From: a virus | Taxonomy: Duplodnaviria > Caudoviricetes | DNA: 52,141 bases | Strand: one strand, 5' to 3' | IMG/VR virus record: IMGVR_UViG_3300050011_000039 | Span: 1 to 52,141 of that record | Part shown: positions 38,500 to 46,109 of the stretch, piece by piece | How positions within the stretch are numbered: position 1 is the stretch's first letter | Layout: every line of letters starts with the position of its first letter | Made by a program: the position numbers and the translations under genes | Notes under the pieces: model-generated | Database searches by the model: none | What the model was told of the DNA's origin: nothing | The model's input: only the letters and a program-made list of their open reading frames with translations

Positions 38500-40166
38500 T
38501 GTCATATACTTTAAGACCCTACCAAGAAGCCGCCACACAAGCGACGCTTGACTACCTGATGACGAAATCAGGCAATCCAGTAATCTCTGCTGCGCCTGGC
38601 TCCGGTAAATCTATCCTCATTGCAGAATTATGCCGCCGCGCCATAGAAATCCATCCAGCGACAAACATTATTATTGCCGTGAGCGCGAAGGAATTGGTCA
38701 GACAGAATTATGAGAAGCTAAAGGCAATCTGGCCGGAAGGAGACACAGGAATCTATTCGGCTGGATTAAACAAAAAGCAGATTCGCAAGGTAACTTTTGT
38801 TTCCATACAATCGGTCTTTCGCAAAGCGTTCAAGTTCCCATCAACAGCAATTCTTATCTGTGATGAGTGCCATCACATTAACAAGCGTCAGGTTGGTATC
38901 TGGCACAAGTTCATCGGAGACTTGCGAATCGCCAATCCGGAGCTTCGTGTAGTTGGCTATTCTGGAACCCCGTTTCGTTTGACGCAGGGATTGATTACGG
39001 AAGGCGAAGGAACGCTTTTTGACGAAGTGGTTTATGACATAGACATTATTAGCCTGATTGATGCTGGTTGGTTGTCGCCCCTATTCAGTCACAGAACTGT
39101 TACGAAGCTAGATGTTTCTAAAGTGGGGAAAAGGAACGGAGATTATATCGAAAGCCAACTACAGGCTGCTGTGAACATCGACAGCATAACACAGAATTGT
39201 GTGACCGAGATTGTTGCACAAGGAGAAGATAGAAAATGCTGGCTGGCCTTCTGCTCCGGCATAGAACACGCTTTTGCTGTGCGTGATGCGATAAGGGCGC
39301 GAGGGTATAGTTGCGAGACAGTAACGGGCGAAACACCGCGAATTGAGCGCGACAAAATAATTGAGGATTATAAGAACGGTTTAATTCGTTGCGTCACCAA
39401 TAATGCAGTTATGATTACTGGCGTTGATATTCCCCAAATCGACTTAATAGCTTTCCTAAGACCAACTCAAAGCCCCATTATATGGACGCAAGGTCTTGGT
39501 CGTGGCTTACGTCTTGCTGATGGCAAGAAGGACTGCAAGGTACTCGACTTCCCCGATAATGGCTCTTTTTTTGGGCCGCTAGATAAGATCAGGGTAAAAG
39601 CAAAAGAAAGCAGCGGGTTGGGCGAAGCCCCTGTTAAAATGTGCGGGAATTGCATGAGCGTAGTACCAGCAAGCGCGAGAGAGTGCAAAGAATGTGGATA
39701 TGTATTCCCCATTGATACATCACTAAAAATATCTGACAAAGCATCCGGTTCAATTCTACTCTCCAACCAACTCGACATTCGCACCCTAACCGTTCGTTCC
39801 GTTCACTATTCGCGTCATCGCAAAGAAGGACGCCCCGACACGTTCAAGGCTACATATATCGTAAACGAGGAAATAAAAACCTTTCCAGAATGGACTTCTC
39901 CGGAATCCGATAAGCGATCACGCTTTGAGGCATGGTGGCGCAAACGCTCTAATCAGTTGCCGCCAAAGGACGTAACGGGTTGTTTAGAGTTGCAGAAAAC
40001 ATTGCGGAACCCAACGACGATAACGGTTAGGGCGAATGGGAAGTATCACGACATTTTAGGTTACACGTTTGAAGAAACTCCAAAATGTCACGAAGCGTTC
40101 GACAAACTTTTCCAAGGTGAGAAGCCGTGGTTAAATACCCCCCAAATTCCTTCTGTGCAGGACTAG
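38499..40166 (+). CDS. SF2 DEAD/DEAH-box helicase (RadD/YejH-like) with zinc ribbon
   Basis: LRPYQ, APGSGKS, DECH, SGTPFR, TGVDIP, QGLGRGLR, CxxC...CxxC. Confidence 0.92.
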   Translation: MSYTLRPYQEAATQATLDYLMTKSGNPVISAAPGSGKSILIAELCRRAIEIHPATNIIIAVSAKELVRQNYEKLKAIWPEGDTGIYSAGLNKKQIRKVTFVSIQSVFRKAFKFPSTAILICDECHHINKRQVGIWHKFIGDLRIANPELRVVGYSGTPFRLTQGLITEGEGTLFDEVVYDIDIISLIDAGWLSPLFSHRTVTKLDVSKVGKRNGDYIESQLQAAVNIDSITQNCVTEIVAQGEDRKCWLAFCSGIEHAFAVRDAIRARGYSCETVTGETPRIERDKIIEDYKNGLIRCVTNNAVMITGVDIPQIDLIAFLRPTQSPIIWTQGLGRGLRLADGKKDCKVLDFPDNGSFFGPLDKIRVKAKESSGLGEAPVKMCGNCMSVVPASARECKECGYVFPIDTSLKISDKASGSILLSNQLDIRTLTVRSVHYSRHRKEGRPDTFKATYIVNEEIKTFPEWTSPESDKRSRFEAWWRKRSNQLPPKDVTGCLELQKTLRNPTTITVRANGKYHDILGYTFEETPKCHEAFDKLFQGEKPWLNTPQIPSVQD

Positions 40167-40473
40167 GGGAGCTACCAGCCTTCAACTCAATAAATGCCAC
40201 CCCACGATTGCGCCACAAGAGCATAATGTCATATACGCCCGACCGGACGCCCATAACCTTCAAATCAGCCCCTCCGCGTCTGCCAACCCTTGCAGAACCG
40301 CCAGGAATTGCGAGGCACTCAATTAACTCTACGGGATCAACAAGGCAATAGATGAATCTGAGAGCCTCGCATTGGAATGGCGTTTCATCATCCCAACGCG
40401 CATCCAACTCCTCATCCGTGTATTTCTTTATTACTTTGAGGGGCTCACGGCGGAAATGCGAAACCTTTTTCAC
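40027..40473 (-). CDS. VRR-NUC domain nuclease
   Basis: ET.FQ...GVRSGVYDI......FIELKAG...SPAQKEF. Confidence 0.8.
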   Translation of the reverse strand: MKKVSHFRREPLKVIKKYTDEELDARWDDETPFQCEALRFIYCLVDPVELIECLAIPGGSARVGRRGGADLKVMGVRSGVYDIMLLWRNRGVAFIELKAGSSPSPAQKEFGGYLTTASHLGKVCRTLRDILEFLQTCNLKCRDTSHSP

Positions 40474-40610
40474 TTTACTAACTTATTCAACATGATGCGA
40501 ATTTGCGACGCGAGTGTACGCCCGTTTTTCTCCGCAAGCGCCTCGATGAAATCATGCGTTTGTTTCGGTATCGCAATGTATAGCGACATGTGATTCTTCA
40601 AGCGTTTCAT
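40470..40610 (-). CDS. Arc-like ribbon-helix-helix regulator (46 aa)
   Basis: YIAIP....IEALAEKNGRTLASQIRIML; GGGAG RBS. Confidence 0.75.
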   Translation of the reverse strand: MKRLKNHMSLYIAIPKQTHDFIEALAEKNGRTLASQIRIMLNKLVK

Positions 40611-40619
40611 TTTTTTCTC

Positions 40620-40660
40620 CCTTGCATTATCTTGTATCACATGTATGATAATTGTCAACC
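40620..40660. promoter_or_regulatory. Overlapping divergent promoters between the Arc-like gene and gcrA
   Basis: Plus strand TTGCAT-N16-TATGAT, minus strand TTGACA element, near-palindrome TATCACATGTATGATA. Confidence 0.45.
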
Positions 40661-40676
40661 TAAGGAATGAATCAGT

Positions 40677-41180
40677 ATGCCACCTACCTCAAAATATCTC
40701 CACCTTCTACCCCGCATCCGAACCTTGGCAAAAACCATGACAGCCCAACAGCTTGCATTTGAATTTGGCACGACCAAAAACGCGATGATCGGCCTATGCC
40801 GACGCGAGAGCATACCGTTGACGGCGTTTGCCAATAGGGTGCATCCGCAGGGCGTGGCGGCTGTGAGGCATCGGCGCAAGAAGGCGCTGGCGAAGGTGGT
40901 GTTGCCAGTTAAGCCCAAGCCGATTGCCCTTCAACGTGGCATCATCCCCAATACGGATTCAAAACCTGTCCTCGAATCCAAAGTAAAGACCTCCTGCAAG
41001 CCAATAGCGTGGCCGCCAGCGCACGGAAAATGTGGCTACATTATCGGCGAAGCGCGAGAATTAACGTGCTGTGGGGATGATACGGGAGGGCGGTATTATT
41101 GTCCGGCTCACCATGCGGCTTGCTATGTGCCGACCGTTAGGAAGCCTACGGCGATGTACGATTGCTCTAGCAAGCAATAA
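40677..41180 (+). CDS. gcrA: GcrA-family cell-cycle regulator homologue
   Basis: N-terminal HTH TAQQLA.EFGTTKNAMIGLCRR and C-terminal C.YIIGE....CCG.....YYCPAH...Y. Confidence 0.8.
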   Translation: MPPTSKYLHLLPRIRTLAKTMTAQQLAFEFGTTKNAMIGLCRRESIPLTAFANRVHPQGVAAVRHRRKKALAKVVLPVKPKPIALQRGIIPNTDSKPVLESKVKTSCKPIAWPPAHGKCGYIIGEARELTCCGDDTGGRYYCPAHHAACYVPTVRKPTAMYDCSSKQ

Positions 41181-41249
41181 TATTGCTAATTGCCGAATGA
41201 TATAAAATACCTGTTGCACAGTGTGAAACAGTTTGATAGGGTCAAAGTC

Positions 41250-41387
41250 ATGGAAACGAAAATCACCGCTGTAAGGATTCCCCAACCGCTTCTGACTCGG
41301 CTTATTGCCGACGCAGAAAAGCACAACAGGACACTTTCCGGTGAAATAATCGACCGCCTAACCCAATCCTTCAGGAGAGCAAAATGA
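41250..41387 (+). CDS. Arc-like ribbon-helix-helix regulator (45 aa), probably leaderless
   Basis: VRIP..L...L...AE.HNRTLSGEIIDRL..SF; TTGCAC-N17-TAGGGT ends 7 nt before the ATG. Confidence 0.8.
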   Translation: METKITAVRIPQPLLTRLIADAEKHNRTLSGEIIDRLTQSFRRAK

Positions 41388-41587
41388 TCTCAGCCAGCAT
41401 CACAATCATTCGCAATGACGAGGAAATAGACGTTGAGGTATCCGGACAAACCGAATACGAGGTCTCGCCCAATCGTTTCGAGACAGGTGAGCATATCTCG
41501 GATTGGTCAGTTGATAGCCCTAAAGGAATTGACCTGACGAAAGAAGAATCTGCCAGGGCACTAGAAGCACTTGAACGCAACATCTAA
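41384..41587 (+). CDS. Hypothetical acidic protein
   Basis: AGGAG RBS, ATGA coupling. Confidence 0.6.
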   Translation: MISASITIIRNDEEIDVEVSGQTEYEVSPNRFETGEHISDWSVDSPKGIDLTKEESARALEALERNI

Positions 41588-41605
41588 CAACTAAAGGAAT
41601 CTACC

Positions 41606-42250
41606 ATGAAGATAAGTTTTGAACGTCGCTTCTCATCCGAAATCGCTTTTGAGGTTGAGATCGATGATAGGCACAAGACAGACACGCTTCGCACTCAACG
41701 AGGTGAAGCCATCAAGCAAGCCTTAAAAGAAAAACGCAACCTGCGCGGCAGCAACCTGAGCGACAGCGACCTGAGCGGCAGCAACCTGAGCGGCAGCAAC
41801 CTGAGCGACAGCAACCTGAGCGGCAGCAACCTGAGCGACAGCGACCTGAGCGGCAGCAACCTGAGCGGCAGCAACCTGCGCGGCAGCGACCTGCGCGGCA
41901 GCAACCTGAGCGACAGCGACCTGAGCGGCAGCGACCTGAGCGGTGTGCCATTCATCAAGAATATTCATCAAACGCTCTACAATGCCGCCTCTGTGCCTCC
42001 TGAAGCTTTGGATATGTCAACATGGCATCACTCTTGTGGAACCACTCATTGCCGTGCAGGTTGGATTGTTAAGCTTGCTGGTGAAGGCGGCGCAGCTCTT
42101 GAATGGGCAATTGGTACACCAGCCGCAGCCGCGATGATTTACATCAAAAGCGATCCAAAGATCGAGCGGATACCTAATTTCTATGCCTCGAATGAGGACG
42201 CACTGGCTGATATGAAGCGGTTGGCAGATTTGGAAAAGGCCGCCGCATGA
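41606..42250 (+). CDS. Pentapeptide-repeat protein (214 aa)
   Basis: About 14 (S)NLSG/DLSG pentapeptides, then LDM..WH..CGTTHCRAGW. Confidence 0.88.
   Translation: MKISFERRFSSEIAFEVEIDDRHKTDTLRTQRGEAIKQALKEKRNLRGSNLSDSDLSGSNLSGSNLSDSNLSGSNLSDSDLSGSNLSGSNLRGSDLRGSNLSDSDLSGSDLSGVPFIKNIHQTLYNAASVPPEALDMSTWHHSCGTTHCRAGWIVKLAGEGGAALEWAIGTPAAAAMIYIKSDPKIERIPNFYASNEDALADMKRLADLEKAAA
41738..41943. repeat. 15-bp tandem repeats encoding pentapeptides
   Basis: (a/g)acctg(a/c)gcg(g/a)cagc, about 14 copies. Confidence 0.92.
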
Positions 42251-42420
42251 TCTACCTCATCAAACAATTCGGCCTAACCATGATAGCCCTCGCGCTAATC
42301 TTCCTCAGTATGAGCATAGACAACTTCACCGCGCAGCTTCACGCCAACACCTCAAAGGTCGCAGCCATGTCAGCCTGTCAGGTTCAACTGGCTGATTTAA
42401 CCCCAGGATGGAAGAAATGA
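42247..42420 (+). CDS. Small membrane protein (57 aa, not in the ORF track)
   Basis: ATGA-coupled at both ends; MIYLIKQFGLTMIALALIFLSMS. Confidence 0.55.
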   Translation: MIYLIKQFGLTMIALALIFLSMSIDNFTAQLHANTSKVAAMSACQVQLADLTPGWKK

Positions 42421-42587
42421 ACCTAATCCGCACAACCAAATATACCAAACACGGCGTTGCCGTAGGATTCAAGAACGTAGGGTTTGTCCCGTGGGTGTTG
42501 AGTAAGGTGTTTCCATATCGCTTGCCGCCCACATTCGGGATGCTTCTGGCGATCAGAGGAAGCGTTAAGCGTGGGTATTCAAGGTGA
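42417..42587 (+). CDS. Hypothetical protein (56 aa, not in the ORF track)
   Basis: ATGA/GTGA-coupled; MNLIRTTKYTKHGVAVGF. Confidence 0.5.
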   Translation: MNLIRTTKYTKHGVAVGFKNVGFVPWVLSKVFPYRLPPTFGMLLAIRGSVKRGYSR

Positions 42588-42721
42588 AGAACCTTCTGGG
42601 TCTTATACTGGTTATCGTGTTTGTGACAGTGGCAACCCATGAATGGAATGTTTACGGTGCAGTCAAGAAGAAAGTACCGGATAGCTGTGGGTATTCATTC
42701 AATGTTTATAACTGTTATTGA
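42584..42721 (+). CDS. Small membrane protein (45 aa, not in the ORF track)
   Basis: GTGA-coupled; MKNLLGLILVIVFVTVA. Confidence 0.5.
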   Translation: MKNLLGLILVIVFVTVATHEWNVYGAVKKKVPDSCGYSFNVYNCY

Positions 42722-42727
42722 AACAGT

Positions 42728-42910
42728 TCATCTGTTGTCGTTTGAAAACTCTTCCCCACTATAGAATGCTTTATGTAGTAAAGCGTCTAATTCACACATA
42801 ATCTCAGCCTCATTAAAAACAGTGTTTCCATCAGCATCTGTAGTGCTATGGCCTTTAATGTAGCCCATGAAGTCTTTTGCGCGTTGTGAGGGCATCGTTA
42901 CTGTTTTCAT
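42728..42910 (-). CDS. Hypothetical protein (60 aa), last gene of the array
   Basis: MKTVTMPS; motif CAGTAACGAT. Confidence 0.6.
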   Translation of the reverse strand: MKTVTMPSQRAKDFMGYIKGHSTTDADGNTVFNEAEIMCELDALLHKAFYSGEEFSNDNR

Positions 42911-43125
42911 ATTTCCCTATCAGCTATTTTCTTACAAGTTACGGAGATACTTATTTCAACATCTATATCGTTGCGTTTCGCACCGATTGTCGATGATCAA
43001 GTTATCTTCCCATCGCGGCTGCGGTAGGCAGATTCACTATGGTTGAGTTCTTTCTGCCCATAATCAACATAGTCAGCGATCAACTTCGTCACTTCACTCA
43101 GAGTCGTTACTGTCTTGTCAGCCAT
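42907..43125 (-). pseudogene. 72-codon ORF with one internal TGA (42997-42999)
   Basis: MADKTVTTLSEV...GKIT*SSTIGAKRNDIDVEISISVTCKKIADREI*; the distal stop overlaps the next ATG. Confidence 0.5.
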
Positions 43126-43268
43126 TTTTTGACCTTTCTAAATGCCATTTGAAGATCGTAAATCATCTCGCATTGAATGGCGAAATGAGATGCGCCGTGA
43201 TCCCATGCGACTTGCGCCATATCTGATTTGAATAGACGACTAGGCGTGGTTACTGGTTTGTCAGTCAT
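43107..43268 (-). CDS. Hypothetical protein (53 aa, not in the ORF track)
   Basis: AAGGA RBS; MTDKPVTTPSRLFKSD...; stop TAA lies inside the next motif. Confidence 0.55.
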   Translation of the reverse strand: MTDKPVTTPSRLFKSDMAQVAWDHGASHFAIQCEMIYDLQMAFRKVKKWLTRQ

Positions 43269-43404
43269 TTCTTTTTTCCTTTATGTAAGCAAGAATGGCT
43301 CTTTCCATTTTGGAAGATGTATCTGTGTGCAGATTTCTGTCTCTGCGCTTTATGGCGTTTTCTAGCCATGCGATCATTTCTTGCGGCGTAATTTTAGTCA
43401 TCAT
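43261..43404 (-). CDS. Hypothetical protein (47 aa, not in the ORF track)
   Basis: ATGA-coupled to the Dam-like gene; MMTKITPQEMIAWLENAIK. Confidence 0.55.
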   Translation of the reverse strand: MMTKITPQEMIAWLENAIKRRDRNLHTDTSSKMERAILAYIKEKRND

Positions 43405-43817
43405 GGCTTTGCTCTAAAGATCACTATTGCAGAAGGAAATTTTGCTCCATCCCCTGCACCCTGAAATCGTAGCCGTCCTTTCACGAACCGGATCTCGTCT
43501 GCCATCATTACCCATTGATGCCACCACTTGTTGTCTGTCCGAGAGGGAACAAGGCACACCACAGTCGCATGGCTTTCGTATGCTTTCTTGAGCCAAGTAC
43601 CTATGGCGGCTCCATAAGGAGGATTCATCCAACATGTTTCGCCCGTCCAATCCTGTTTTAATCCGTCTATTTCTTTATCGTAATAGCGCGCACATTTTGC
43701 CAATTCTTTGTTGGCGCAAACATCCACCGTGAACTCAAATTCTTTATTGAGTTCATCGAATAATCGTTGTGGCGTTCCCCATTCAAACTTTCCGGTTGTG
43801 TTGTCTGTGAAGCTCAT
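43401..43817 (-). CDS. Phage DNA N6-adenine methyltransferase (Dam-phage family)
   Basis: EWGTPQ.LF..L..EF.F.VDVCA, DGL.QDW, WMNPPYG, LVPSRTD..WW, GRL.F. Confidence 0.9.
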   Translation of the reverse strand: MSFTDNTTGKFEWGTPQRLFDELNKEFEFTVDVCANKELAKCARYYDKEIDGLKQDWTGETCWMNPPYGAAIGTWLKKAYESHATVVCLVPSRTDNKWWHQWVMMADEIRFVKGRLRFQGAGDGAKFPSAIVIFRAKP

Positions 43818-43842
43818 GACTGACCCGTTGTGGTTTCAGTTT

Positions 43843-44076
43843 TCATGGATAACTCCTGCGGTTCCATCTTTTAGTTAAATCAGCGTCCAACTTATCCATC
43901 GTTTCCAAGCGTGTGTGAGCATCATCAATCCAGCATTGACTGCGATGAAGAAATACATTGCACCGGCATTCTAGCGTCCGTCCTATAATTGTTCCTGCAT
44001 CATATCGGTCGCTTATAGGGTAAGGGTTTTCACCGCAGAACGGGCATGGCAAAAGCGTGGTTTTAGATTCTTGCAC
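43843..44076 (-). CDS. Lar-like (restriction alleviation) zinc-finger protein (77 aa)
   Basis: LLPCPFCGE...C.C...WNRR; GTG start after GGAGG. Confidence 0.7.
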   Translation of the reverse strand: MQESKTTLLPCPFCGENPYPISDRYDAGTIIGRTLECRCNVFLHRSQCWIDDAHTRLETMDKLDADLTKRWNRRSYP

Positions 44077-44242
44077 GAATGTCCTCCCTCTCATGCTCTC
44101 TTGCCATGTCATAAACGCGCTGGGCAAAATCCATGACGGCGCTTACTTTGCTGCCATGGCTCATGTCGCCTTCTAGGTAATTCACAAGTCCTTCGGCGGC
44201 GGCATATTTCTGCTCGTAGGTCGTCGTTTGTGGATTAGACAT
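44063..44242 (-). CDS. Hypothetical protein (59 aa)
   Basis: Start revised to MSNPQTTTYEQK. Confidence 0.6.
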   Translation of the reverse strand: MSNPQTTTYEQKYAAAEGLVNYLEGDMSHGSKVSAVMDFAQRVYDMAREHEREDIRARI

Positions 44243-44420
44243 TCTGCTTCCCCTTCCATTCGATATAGTCATCCAACCATTCCGATAGATCGTCGCCATC
44301 ATTAAATGCGATTAGAAATTCCAAGCGATCATAATGATCGTCAATCTCAATGGCGAACGCGATGGCCTGCCGCGAGTTTGGCGGCGCAGGAATCGTCTTG
44401 GGAGTCGTTTGAGTTGTCAT
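44235..44420 (-). CDS. Hypothetical protein (61 aa)
   Basis: GGAG RBS; MTTQTTPKT. Confidence 0.6.
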   Translation of the reverse strand: MTTQTTPKTIPAPPNSRQAIAFAIEIDDHYDRLEFLIAFNDGDDLSEWLDDYIEWKGKQNV

Positions 44421-44677
44421 TATTTCTCCCCCACAAGGATTGGCCTGTTCGCATTTTTCTTATTCTTGGGGAATGGAGGCTCATCTGGAAGGTGTTGCCA
44501 GTGGGTCAAGCCATCATCATCGTATGAATTTACATCATCTGAAATAACCCCTGATTCTCCCATCATGGCGATAACCATTCGACCCCAACCCTCGCCAAAC
44601 AGAACCCAAATGTTTTTTGGGCAAGACGCTATTGGCCTCCATTTGCTTTTCGTCGTTTGTGTTTTCTGATCGCTCAT
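44420..44677 (-). CDS. DUF551-like protein (85 aa)
   Basis: WRPIASCPK...VL...THWQHLPDEPP. Confidence 0.65.
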   Translation of the reverse strand: MSDQKTQTTKSKWRPIASCPKNIWVLFGEGWGRMVIAMMGESGVISDDVNSYDDDGLTHWQHLPDEPPFPKNKKNANRPILVGEK

Positions 44678-45417
44678 GGTCTTACCTCCATAAAGGCAGT
44701 TATAAATTCTGCGGCTACTTGCGGCACAATCGCGTTCCCATAGGCTCGCACTGATCCCATTGGGAAGGAAACCCCATAAGCCAACGGAGATGTTCCCTGC
44801 TCAATACGCCGCGCTCTTTTATCGGGACTGTCGAATTTTTGGAATTGCTCCCAGCTTCCCCCTGTAGATTCAGCTTGTCGCTGCACTTTCTCCCACTCGA
44901 TGACATGTGAGCCGATGGCGTCTGCCACCCAGAAAATTCTTTGTCGCTTGTGAGGCGCACCGACGCTCGCAGCGCACAGATCGGCTCCCCCGCTTTCATA
45001 TCCCAATGCTTCCATGTTGTTTCGTACTCCCGCGAACCAGTCTCTCCCAGCCTTGCTCTCAACCTGTTCTCCAAAGACGATTGGAGGCTTGCATTGCGCG
45101 ATGAGGCAATAGAAATCCGGCCACAGGTGCCGTTCGTCGTTTTCGCCTTTGCCGAGGCCGCCTGCGCTGAAAGGTTGGCAGGGGCATGATCCTGTCCACA
45201 CTCGCCTGTCGTCATCCCATCCAGCGAGACGCAGAGCGTAAGACCATCCACCGATCCCTGCGAAGAAGTGGCATTGGGTATATCCTTTGAGGTCATCGGC
45301 TTTTACATCCTTTATACTGCGTTCATCTACATCGCCGGGGGCGATCAATCCGGCTTTGATTAGGTTGCGAAGCCATTGCGCGGGGTAAGCTTCCCATTCG
45401 TTGTAATATGCGCTCAT
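44674..45417 (-). CDS. C5-cytosine DNA methyltransferase, alpha polypeptide
   Basis: Motifs I FFAGIGG, IV GSCPCQPFS, VI EQV, VIII HKRQRIFWVA, X YGNAIVPQVA; no clear motif IX. Confidence 0.9.
   Translation of the reverse strand: MSAYYNEWEAYPAQWLRNLIKAGLIAPGDVDERSIKDVKADDLKGYTQCHFFAGIGGWSYALRLAGWDDDRRVWTGSCPCQPFSAGGLGKGENDERHLWPDFYCLIAQCKPPIVFGEQVESKAGRDWFAGVRNNMEALGYESGGADLCAASVGAPHKRQRIFWVADAIGSHVIEWEKVQRQAESTGGSWEQFQKFDSPDKRARRIEQGTSPLAYGVSFPMGSVRAYGNAIVPQVAAEFITAFMEVRP
44715..45296 (-). CDS. Putative beta polypeptide of the C5 methyltransferase, nested in an alternative frame
   Basis: 193-codon nested ORF with SGWQTP and LSREHLRWLMGFPSQW (motif IX-like); true start uncertain. Confidence 0.7.
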   Translation of the reverse strand: MTSKDIPNATSSQGSVDGLTLCVSLDGMTTGECGQDHAPANLSAQAASAKAKTTNGTCGRISIASSRNASLQSSLENRLRARLGETGSREYETTWKHWDMKAGEPICALRASVRLTSDKEFSGWQTPSAHMSSSGRKCSDKLNLQGEAGSNSKNSTVPIKERGVLSREHLRWLMGFPSQWDQCEPMGTRLCRK

Positions 45418-46097
45418 TTCCTGCTGCCCTTCTTGCCTACATCAAGTTGCAGGACACGGCCTTCTTCCCACATCTCTCGCCTACGCTTGATAGTGATAGG
45501 CTTGCAGCCGACAATCCTAGCCGCGCCCTTGTCCGAGCCAGCCTTCTTTAATGCGGCCTTGATTTCTTCATCTGTATAATCCGAAGGCTTGCCGCCTATC
45601 ACGCCGCGCTCACGCGCTGAGTTCAAGCCATGCTTTGTACGTTCCCAATTCCATTCACGCTCCCATTGCGCCAATGCCCCGAGAATGTGAAAGATCATGC
45701 GGCCAGAGGCGTTTGTCGTGTCTATGTCCTGGGCAATAACTTTTAGGCGAACGCCTTTTTCAAAAAGATGTTTTTCAATATCAATTAAATCTTTGAGATT
45801 TCGGCCAAGGCGATCAAGCGTATATATCACCAGCAAGTCGCCTTTTTGCAAATCGCGGAAGCAGGCTTGCCATGCCGCACGATCAACAGTCTTGCCGCTT
45901 TGCTTGTCCTGAAAAATATCTTCGGGGGCTACACCATATTTTACCAGCTCATCTACTTGCCGCTGATTATTTTGGTCGTTGGTAGAAACACGGGCATAGC
46001 CGAGCATCATTTGACCGTCCTTCGGGCGTTTCCATTTCACGGTTGTTTTTGCAACAACGTGAATGTAGTGCTTCTTTTTGGGGCCGCGTTTCTTCAT
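45414..46097 (-). CDS. Small serine recombinase (resolvase/invertase family), 227 aa
   Basis: GYARVSTNDQ, D..SGK...R, GD.LVIYTLDRLGR, ERT..GL..AR.RG..GG.P, C-terminal HTH. Confidence 0.93.
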   Translation of the reverse strand: MKKRGPKKKHYIHVVAKTTVKWKRPKDGQMMLGYARVSTNDQNNQRQVDELVKYGVAPEDIFQDKQSGKTVDRAAWQACFRDLQKGDLLVIYTLDRLGRNLKDLIDIEKHLFEKGVRLKVIAQDIDTTNASGRMIFHILGALAQWEREWNWERTKHGLNSARERGVIGGKPSDYTDEEIKAALKKAGSDKGAARIVGCKPITIKRRREMWEEGRVLQLDVGKKGSRK

Positions 46098-46109
46098 TTT
46101 AGACCAGTA

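Noticed and set aside
41738-41943. CRISPR-like repeat array
   Set aside because: 15-bp tandem units without spacers that encode pentapeptide repeats; the antisense ORFs here are shadows
42326-42700. 104-aa minus-strand ORF and repeated GTGGGTATTCA 11-mer (42571, 42688)
   Set aside because: The region is better explained by three ATGA/GTGA-coupled plus-strand genes; only two exact copies of the 11-mer, both coding GYS
42997-42999. Genome-wide TGA recoding
   Set aside because: Many genes end in TGA with ATGA coupling, and long genes are intact under the standard code
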